Source: Geosiphon pyriformis uo1 (Eukaryota; Fungi; Glomeromycota). From it: a stretch of DNA of 40,496 nucleotides. Below are positions 13,179 to 22,918 of this stretch, piece after piece. Positions within the stretch are counted from its first letter, which is position 1. Each line of letters starts with the position of its first letter. The DNA lies in assembly GCA_016748015.1 (NCBI GenBank), contig JAAOMT010000415.1:4741-45236 (forward strand), given 5' to 3'. Under the pieces are notes generated by a model, which was not told where the DNA came from, searched no databases, and saw only the letters and a list, made by a program, of their open reading frames with translations. A program made the translations under genes and the position numbers.

Positions 13179-14029
13179 TGTTACCAGATGAAATTAGAGA
13201 TATTGTTTAGCATAAAATTACCCTTATAATTCTTATCATTAAATTAGCATTTCAAATTATCACTTATTACATTTAGCAAATACCCGAAATTTGCCGAAAT
13301 AATTGATAGTTTACCGAAATATTTAATAGTTCGCAGAAATAACTTGTAGTTTGCTAAAATGTATTTTTAGTTCAGCGAAATTGTAGAAAAGAGCAAAGTT
13401 CAAGTTCATAGAATAGTGTTATGACAAGTTGTATAAAAAAAAGCTTTTCTCTTCGAGAAAATATATTTTAGTTCAAATTTAACAATTAGAATCATCTTTT
13501 ACACAAAAAAATGAAATAAATATCAAATAATTCGAAAAATCAAATCCTTAATTATTTTTCTTTTAAAATTACTCAATTTCTACTAAACAGTTTTGAAATT
13601 GATTAGCTACCAATTTCAATAAACTGTTAGTAACTCCAGGTCTGGATAGAAAACGTTTCTCTTGACAAAATTCTATTTCTTTTATATTTCTTTTATTTTT
13701 CTTTTCTTTTCTTATTACAATCATTAGGGTAGTCTACAGACAAGATTCTATAGAAGAGTTGACTTTCACAGCAAAGTAACTACATATTTTTAGTAAGCTT
13801 CCAGATGAGCAATCCCTGGGAAAGAGTTGACATTTACTACAATGTAACTACATAAAGTAACTGGCACAGAATTGGCCATTCCACTTATAAGCCCAGCAGT
13901 TCAAATTATAGGAAATAATTTGAAGATAAATTCAGTTACTGGAGGTTCAACCACATCCAGAAAACGTGAATTCACAGCAAACAGGCATCAACAACATTAC
14001 AGAAAAGAGACCAAAAACCTCCAGTAACA
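13179..14029 (+). repeat. 5' LTR of element A (851 bp; ~118-bp deletion relative to the 3' LTR)
   Basis: TGTTACCAG...CAGTAACA. Colinear with 21944-22914. Confidence 0.95.
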
Positions 14030-14031
14030 TT

Positions 14032-14041
14032 TGGTGCTCTC
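14032..14041 (+). other. Primer-binding site of element A
   Basis: TGGTGCTCTC, 2 nt after the LTR. Same first 10 nt as the PBS of B. Confidence 0.85.
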
Positions 14042-14074
14042 CCACGGAAACAACACAGCAAAAACAACTTCAAA

Positions 14075-17000
14075 GTGGTGACCACACCAGACACAACAAC
14101 TCTAGAGTATTACCAATCAATTTACACCCACTGCAAGCAAAGATTCAACATTCCAAATGGAATTGAAGTTGTCAAGAAATCAATATACCAATACATTGAA
14201 AACTGCATCAACAATTATCTTTTTGGAAATTACAATATTTCAGAAGTTAGAAGCAACCTTTACAATAATTTAGTACACTATTTACAGTTGGGAACTGAAA
14301 ACCTTAACAGTGAAACACTTGTCACTTACTTTCAAGAACTTAATTTTAACATTATTAAGTACTGTGAAGAAACATATCTAGTGCAGTCTCAATACTCCAT
14401 TAATTTTGAATCAGAGACAGAAACAAGCAACAAAGGCAAACAAAAATTGAAACAATACTCAAAAACCACCCCAAATACTCCAATACTACCAAAAACAACT
14501 GCCAAACACTTACAAACACCTGAACAAGGAACTAGTTCAAAACTTCCACTTACTATCACACCTTTTCCAGCTTTACTTGCACAAGCACAAACACCTAATT
14601 CACCCTTAAATTGATTTGCAAGACTAAAAGATTTTACATCACCCAGAAGTCCCACCAGACAACAAGAATCCCTTCAAACTAGTTCTAATCTTTTTGACTT
14701 TCTAGCTGAAAATCAAAGTGAACACTCTGAGACAGCAGCGAACAAAGAAAATAACTCTGAAATATCTGAAGAAGAATCAATAGACAGTGAAAATAAAAAA
14801 GACAAAATGACAGCATACATCACAAAAATCTTTGAATTCAATGGAGAAGACATTGAGACCAGTCCCCAAGAATGGCTCAACCAAGTTACTAAAGCTGGAG
14901 ATGCAAATGGATGGAATGTTGCCCGAATGTTAAGAACAATTCTCTACTTTCTCAAAGAAACAGCAGATAAATGGTTCGAAAACTTGACCACCCTTTTTAA
15001 TGACTGGACAGCTTTTAGAACTGCCTTCTTAGAACAATTTACTGATAACAACACCTCAATCACACTTCAAAATTGTTTTCGCAATATCAAACAAAAACTC
15101 TCCGAATCTGTCATGACTTATATTGAGAAATTCAATAAACTTCTCAGACAAATTTGCCAACTTGAAACTAATAATTATTATTTTGATGCTCAAATCTTGG
15201 ATCAATTTATTGCTGGTTTAAAGGATAAACTGATTAAAAAGGTTTGCCCACATGCCCCAGAAGATTTAAACTCTGCCATTCAGCATGCAAAGAGATATGA
15301 AATGGCTATAAAAGAAACCAATCATACAAAACTCATAAACTTAGCCATTAGAGAAACCAGCTCAGCAGCTGAAGAGAAAATTGACCAACTTGCAAAGAAA
15401 GTTGAAAACTATTTCATCAACCAACAACAACAGCAACCCCAAAGATATCAACTACCCCAAAGACGGAATCAAAACAACTTCGTATTATTTTCTAATAACC
15501 AGTCTCAGATTTGCCATTACTGTAAAATCCCTGGCCACTGAAAAAAAGATTGCAGAAAGCTATAATGAAACCAACAAAATAAGAGTAATCAATATTACCC
15601 TTCACCACAGCAATCTTATTATCAACTACCATCACCAGCTTACTATTCACCAAGACCCCAACACCAAAATAACTATTATCAACCTGCTCCACAGCCAATC
15701 CAACAGCAATACCAACAACCACTCACACAATATTATCAAGTATCTGCTTGAAGATTGATTCTGCAAAATCAATTTACACTACAAAACCAATACCAATTAA
15801 ACAACAATAGAATTAATTCGAACAACTAATTGGTTTCCTGAAATTCAGCTCAACTAAAACCCAACCATACTCAATTTAGTTATCTTACAATGCCAGAAAA
15901 ACAGGATTTTTACCATACTGCACTCTCAGAAGGTAGAGCTGTAGCACAACAACAAAACTTTTCCTATATTTCTATCACAATCCCACCAGCCAGAATTACT
16001 GAAAATGCCAACCTTTCAAATATATTTTCTTTTGAATTTGAAGCAAATGAATCACCATTCTTGCTTAGCAATGCAGTGGCTAACAAGCAAAAAGCCATTA
16101 CTGCAATGTACACAGAAGCTGAAGTAGAAGAAAAGCCAATTCGCTTGATCTTAGACAGTGGATCCGCCGGAAGCATCATCACATATTAATTGATGCAGCA
16201 GCTAAAGAGAAATGTTGACCGACCAGCTCAGACAATTATTGTTACTGCTGATAGCATGAAAAAGACTCCAGTAGGAGAGATTGACAACTTCCCATTCACA
16301 ATTGACGGAATCACTATTTCAGTCAAAGTTCTGGTCATGGATGCTCCCCAATACCAAGCTTTCGTCAGAAATGATTGGCTTCAAAAAGCCAATGCTAATC
16401 TGAATTAGAAGACACAAGAGTTAACAATCTCCTACCAAGAACAACACGCCCAGGTATCTGCCACTTGTGGTACATTTAACAAACACTCTGAAAAAGCCCT
16501 GGCTTTTGAATTCGAATCAGAAGAAAAAAAGCCCATTATTGAAACATTTATGGCACTTGGGTCAACTCTCAATTGGGCTGATGAAACTGAACAACAGTAC
16601 TTTTCAACAAATAATTCTCTTGAAACAAAAAAACCAGTGACAGCTGGATGGAATGTCCTCTATTCAAAACCAGAACCACGAAAACAATGCCCCTACATTC
16701 TACTCAAATGCAAGAACTGCCACAAGAAACTCTCCTCAATGGGAGCCTGCATTTCACCTGAAGAAAAATATGAAAATCATACTTGTTATTACTGCAAGAC
16801 TTGCCACAAAGAACAATGGAGCCATCTAATAAAAAAAAGTGGAAAATGGGACAACACCTCTTGTTTGACTTGTGGAGATATACTACCAGAAGAATGCAAT
16901 TGGATTGATGTAGCAATGAGAGAAGGAGTCTGTGATCAGACCTGCCAATATGCTTTATCAATTTCAGAAAAAGTAAAAAGAGGAACACCCTTTAATGTGG

Positions 17001-19702
17001 CATACAACAGTGCTCTCAACAAACTTTATTACTACCCCCATGATGCTAAGATGATTTTCGACTTAACAATAGCATTAATTAATGGAGCTACCAAAGAAGA
17101 TGTCCATCAAATGAAGAAAACAGAATATATTGAATATACATTAGAATTAGCTGGATTCGATTATGAAGATGAAGTAAAAGTATACCACGAAATCGCAAGT
17201 TACACCTACCCGACCCAAAAAGCTCAAATTTAATGATTAGAGCAAATAAACATTAAATTATGTAAGGAGTGTATAATGCTATGTGATGAACAATGGTGTT
17301 CTGAATGCTATGCCCTTAGCATTCCATTATCCAGTGAAAGTGACAAATATGAAATCAAATTTGGTGAACCTGAAGCAACAGAAAAAATTGAAACAACACC
17401 CATCTATCTCATCAAAAATCAGCCTGCTTCACAATTCAAATACTTCAACAACAATAGACAAGGAATAAAGCCTGAAAAAGCCCACAAAATTGATGCTGGA
17501 TATGATCTAAGATATCCAGAAAAAGATACTCTTACTCTCAAACCTAAATCACTCACAAAAATCAACCTCAAAATTGCTCTCAAAATCTCACTAAAGACAA
17601 TGGTCCAAATCACTTTATGATCATTATTGGCAAGCAAAAGAATTAATGTTAGAGGAGGAATCATAGATGCGAGATATACAGGAGACATTACAATCATGTT
17701 ACAAAATGAAACCAATAAACTTTTTCAGATTGAACATGCCAAAAAAATCACTTAAGCTATTTATTTACTCTTAATCAACATTTCGGGTTTACAATTAGTC
17801 AATCAAAGAGAACTATTGAAAAAAAATGAAAGAGAAACCCAAAGTTTTGGTTCAACTGGACAATTCACAGTTCTAGTAAACATAGCTCTTAATAAACAAA
17901 ACAAATCTTACTAGATTCTATGACTTCCACAACCAATTACTATTTCACCCTTTGGAGAACATCTGGAAATCTACACTTGCCCAAAGTCAACAACCACACA
18001 ACAAATTTTTGAATCCAATGAACAAGTCTGCTTGGAACATAATATCTCAATCCCAAACATTTATATTCCAGAAGGAACAAAAAAAGTTCAAGTTACTTTT
18101 TACAATCCCAACAATTATCCTATAGTTTTATTAAATAACTTAGAAATTGGAATTATTCACAGTAATATTTTTCAACAGAAATTACCCCAGACAGTTCCCA
18201 ATTTCTCAGAAATTATTGAACATTCACTACCAAAAATCAACCCAAATCCCAGTTCTGAGAACTACTATATTGTCATGGAAAAACTATTTCGAATCAACAT
18301 GGGACAACTTGAACCACAACAACAAAACCAGCTCAAAGAGCTAATTGCAAAATTTGCTGATATCTTTGCTAAAAACAACAATGACTTAGGAAGAACCGAT
18401 TTGGTTTAACACCAAATCTATACAGGAAATGCCAAACCAAGGTGACAACAAGCCTACCAAGTTGCCCCAAAAAGTTACCAATTTATCCGAGAAGAAGTAC
18501 AATGGATGCTTAACAATGGGCTTATTCAACCATCAATGAGTCCATGGGCCTCACCTGTGGTCCTAGTTAAGAAGAAAAATCGAAAGATACAATTTTGTGT
18601 TGATTATTGACAACTCAACAGTGTCACCATTGGAAATGCCTACCCTCTTTCTCGAATTGATGACATGTTAGATGCCCTTGGAAAATCCAAATACTTTTCA
18701 ACACTAGATCTAGAAAGCAAATACTGGCAAGTTGCCATGGATCCCAAAAATCGTCTCAAAACAGCATTCACCACTTAAGGAGGAAACTACAAGTTCAACG
18801 TAATGCCTTTCAGATTATGCAATGCATCAGCAATATTTCAAAGACTCATAGATGTTGTTTATAAAGACCTCCTTTGGAAATCAGTAGTTGTTTATCTCGA
18901 TGATACTGATGTTTATTCATCATCTTTTGAATTACATTTAAAACACCTGTGTGAAGTTTTTCAATGATTACGGAAAGCAGAATTGAAACTAAACATCAAA
19001 AAATGCTACTTCAGAAAAACAAGTCTGGCCTTTCTTGGTCATATTGTTAGCAAAAATAGAATTAAACCAGACCCCAGAAAAATCAGCACTGTCAAGAACT
19101 TCAAGACTCCACAAAATACCACAGAATTGAAAGGATTTATTGGATTAGCTTCCTATTACCGAAAATTCATCAAAGAATTCTCAGAAATTGCAAAACCCCT
19201 CAACCAGCTCACTACTAAAAACGTCGAATACAAATGGATGGAAGAACACTAAAAAGCTTTTGAAATTCTCAAGGAAAAGCTAACAACAGCTCCAATTCTT
19301 GCCTACCCAGATTTCAGTAACCAATTTCGACTAGCTACAGTCACTTTTTACACTGCCTTTGGTGCCATCTTATCACAATTAGATGACAATGGAAATGAGC
19401 AAGTAATTGCTTATACTAGTAAAACATTAAAACCAGCCAAAAAAAACTACCCTGTTACAGAACTAGAAACAGCAGCTGTAATTTGGGCTCTACACCACTT
19501 TAACCTTTATCTCAGGCCTAAAAAATTTGATATTATTACTGATAATATTAAACTCAAATGGCTTCAAAACAAAAACACCCAACTGAATGCAAAACAAACC
19601 CAATGGACAAGATTTTTAGCCAACTACCAATACATTGTACATCACAAACCAGGAAAACTCCACACCAACATTAATTGTCTCTCAAGAATGAGGCAAGATT
19701 AG
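14075..19702 (+). pseudogene. gag-pol: ORF1 of element A: Gag, protease, Cys-rich domain, dUTPase, dUTPase-like domain, RT, RNase H (1876 codons in one frame, many premature stops)
   Basis: Track ORFs starting at 14075, 14807, 15890, 16190, 16550, 17276, 18032 and 18983 share one frame. Motifs: capsid QILDQFIAGL, knuckle CHYCKIPGH*KKDC, protease LILDSGSAGS, RT YLDD at 18893-18904, RNase H ELETAAVIWAL/IITDN. Ends CLSRMRQD*. Confidence 0.95.
17476..17860 (+). pseudogene. dut: dUTPase domain in ORF1 of element A
   Basis: KAHKIDAGYDL (motif 1), L*SLLASK (motif 2, RSS decayed), GGIIDARYTG (motif 3), KIT*AI (motif 4), RETQSFGSTG (motif 5). Confidence 0.93.
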
Positions 19703-19748
19703 AACATAAAAACAACACCCATTTGAATTAACAACAAAACAACAAACA

Positions 19749-21134
19749 ATGAACCCCGAAAACTACAACAATCTTAAACAATATCTGGAGACATTAACAA
19801 TCCCAACAGATTGGTCCTCAAATGAAAAACATCAGTTACAACAACAAGCCAAACAATACTTCTTACACAACAACATTATTTAATATCAAAACTTCAGAAA
19901 CCCAGACAGTCCGCTCAAATTAATACAAGAACATGAAAAAAAAACCATTTTATATAACATGCACTTAAACCTTTCATCAGCACACCTAGAAAAAGACAGC
20001 ACCACTCAGAGAACACTAGAATATTATTTTTGGCCTCAAATGAGAAAAAACATTCATGAATACATTAAGTCTTGTGATAGTTGTCAAAAAAGAGGAGGAA
20101 CTCACCCTACAGAACCTTTAAACCCAATCAAAGTTGGACAGCCTTTTAACTGAGTTGGTATCAATTTAGTCGGACTACTCCCTATCACAAACCAAGGAAA
20201 CCATTATATTGCAGTAGCTATAGACTATCTCACCAAATGGCCTAAAGCCAGAGCTATTCAATAAACAGATGTGAAATCAGTAGCAAGTTTCATCTATGAA
20301 GACATCATTTGTAGACATGGATGCCCAATAAAACTTTTATCTGATCAAGGAATACATTTTGTGAACAATTTAATCCAGGAAATTTGTGAACAATTTAATA
20401 TCAAGAGACCATTATTTTCACTCTACCATTCACAAACAAATGAACTTATAGAACATTTCAATAGGACATTATGTGAATTATTAGCCAAAGTCTCAACCGA
20501 TTTTGAGCAAGAATAGGATCTTTTTATTCCATTAGTGTTACTAGCATATAGAAAACTAAAACAAGATACCACAAAACACACACCATTTGATTTAACTTAT
20601 AGAAGGACAACAACATTACCAATTAGTTTCACAGTGGAAACATACCCAACACAACCAATTGATAAAAACAATTTCCAGGAAACATTACAACAAAGAGCCT
20701 ACACTCTACTTAACACATTGGAAGGAAAACGACAAATAGCAGCCACCTATATTAAACACTCCCAAGCTCAACAAAAAAAATGGCATGATGACAAATTGCC
20801 TCCAGTTACCAATGGATTTAAAATTGGAAACAAAGTTCTCTTACACAGAACTAAAGCTGAAAAACAATGGAGTGGAAAATTTGAAAATAAATAGGATAGA
20901 CCATTTTTTATCCATGAAATTTTAGATAATGGATCATACAAGCTAAGACTTGATGACAAAATCCTAGCAAAAGTTGTACATAGAGATTGTTTAAAACACT
21001 ATAATTCCAGAAACAATCCCAAACCATTAATTCCACAAATTAGTACACATTTCTTTTTAATCAACCCTGAAGATATTCCCCAGAATTTAGAACTAATAGT
21101 TGTCATTGAACAACCTCCCAACTTGAACACTTAA
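19749..21134 (+). pseudogene. int: Stand-alone integrase ORF of element A (461 aa, premature stops)
   Basis: ATG at 19749 (MNPENYNNLKQYL). H2C2 finger MH..AH..YFWPQM..CDSCQ. Core GINLVG / LLSDQG / LIEHFNRTL. Decayed GPF-type C-terminal motif; no chromodomain. Confidence 0.93.
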
Positions 21135-21255
21135 TTTAAATTTATTATTATAGTTATCTTCTTATAATTTAGAAACAATCTCACAAAAACAAAACAAAAA
21201 TAACATAAAACCCATACACCAAAAATAATTTTCTTTTATTTTCAAATCTATTATA

Positions 21256-21975
21256 ATAACTATTTCTCAAAACATTCAACAATTATCCCAAAAACTAATG
21301 TTAGCTTTAAAAACAATACTTGAATTATCTATTACTATTACTAGAAACCACATTAATTATATCCAAACAAAAGTAGTCACAAATTTAGTCCCAAATTCAC
21401 GAAAATATCACCCATATAAGAAGAACACAAAAAGTTATTCTGGAATTCACCTGTCAGAACTTTTAAAGCTTGCTTTAAGAGAAAACTTAATGCTCACTCC
21501 TATTAGTATTCCACTGAATGCTACTATTCAACAAAAACTTCAACTGTGTCTTAATGAAAAAAACTACGACTATACTCCAATATATAGATATTTTTACATT
21601 GGAAAAACACTTCACAAACAAAAACGGGAACTTACAGCAGTAAACCTCATGGAAGAAACTATTCGGAAACAAATTCACAATGAATTCAAAACAACAGCTA
21701 GACTTACAAACAGTCATTACAAACTAAGAGCTGCTCTTAGACTTTATGACCTATTTTACACCTATGAAAACGTCTTACAAAACCCAATTTTACAACCTTT
21801 GAAAATTTAATATATTGGAAAGCTCACAGAACTGAAATTTCAACAATTTTCAGACCAAATTTCTTCAATAATTTTGGATTATTATTTGAAAATTACAGAC
21901 AGTACTTGGACTTCGATGAAGCTCAGTCTTGAGAAGAAGGTTATGTTACCAGACAAAATTAGAGATATTGTTTAG
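21256..21975 (+). pseudogene. ORF3 of element A (unknown ~240-aa protein in env position, running over the PPT into the LTR)
   Basis: Extends track ORF 21298-21810. The TAA at 21808 is CAA in element C, and homology to B and C continues upstream of Met 21298. Exact start and stop are inferred. Confidence 0.78.
21931..21940 (+). other. Polypurine tract of element A
   Basis: GAGAAGAAGG, 3 nt before the 3' LTR. Confidence 0.85.
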
Positions 21976-22914
21976 CATAAAATTACCCTTATAATTCTTA
22001 TCATTAAATTAGCATTTCAAATTATCACTTATTACATTTAGCAAATACCCGAAATTATCATTTAATTAATAATTCAATTTGTACATTACACAAATATAAC
22101 CTAATTGTGACAATCAATCATGCAATACCCCGAACTATGTAACATTCAAGAGTTCACTGAAATTTGTAGAAATTTGCCAAAATAATTGATAGTTCACCAA
22201 AATATTTAATAGTTTGCAGAAATAACTTGTAGTTTGCCAAAATGTATCTTTAGTTCAGTGAAATTGTAGAAAAAAACAAAGTTCAAGTTCATAGAATAGT
22301 GTTATGACAAGTTGTATATAAGAAGAGCTTCTCTTTTCGAGAAAATGTATCTTACTCCAGATTTAACAATTAGAATCATCTTTTATACACAAAAACGAAA
22401 TAAATATCAAATAATTTGAAAAATTAAATCCTTAATTATTTTTCTTTTAAAATTACCCAATTCTTACTAAACAGTTTTGAAATTGATTAGCTACCAATTT
22501 CAATAAACTGTTAGTGACTCCAGGTCTGGATAGAAAACGTTTCTTTTGACAAAATTCTATTTTTTTTACATTTCTTTTATTTTTTTTTTCTTTTTTTATT
22601 ACAATCATTAGGGTAGCCTACAGACAAAATTCCTGTAGAAAAGTTAACTTTTACAGCAAAGTACCTACATATTTTTAGTGAGCTTCCAGATGAGCAATCC
22701 CTGGAAAAGAGTTGACATTTACTACAACGTAACTACATAAAGTAACTGGCATGGAATTGGCCATTCTACTTATAAGCCCAGCAGTTTAAATTATAGGAGA
22801 TAATTTGAAGATAAATTCAGTTATTAAAGGTTCAACCACATCCAGAAAACGTAAATTCACAGCAAACAAACATCAACAACATTACAGAAAAGAGACCAAA
22901 AACCTCTGGTAACA
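21944..22914 (+). repeat. 3' LTR of element A (971 bp)
   Basis: TGTTACCAG...CTGGTAACA (9-bp terminal inverted repeat), followed by TSD CTGT. Confidence 0.95.
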
Positions 22915-22918
22915 CTGT

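Larger units (their letters stand above)
13179..22914 (+). mobile_element. Ty3/Gypsy LTR retrotransposon A (innermost, full length 9736 bp, same family as C), decayed
   Basis: LTRs at 13179-14029 and 21944-22914. Perfect TSD CTGT (13175-13178 / 22915-22918). PBS, PPT and all domains are present. Confidence 0.97.

Noticed and set aside
13851-14027. Open frame in the A/C LTR U5 (ELAIPLISPAVQIIG...KETKNLQ*)
   Set aside because: Short, with no consistent ATG among LTR copies and no protein-level match in the B LTR.
21256-21975. ORF3 as an envelope gene or a chromodomain
   Set aside because: No signal peptide, TM segment or conserved Cys, and no chromodomain aromatic-cage motif.
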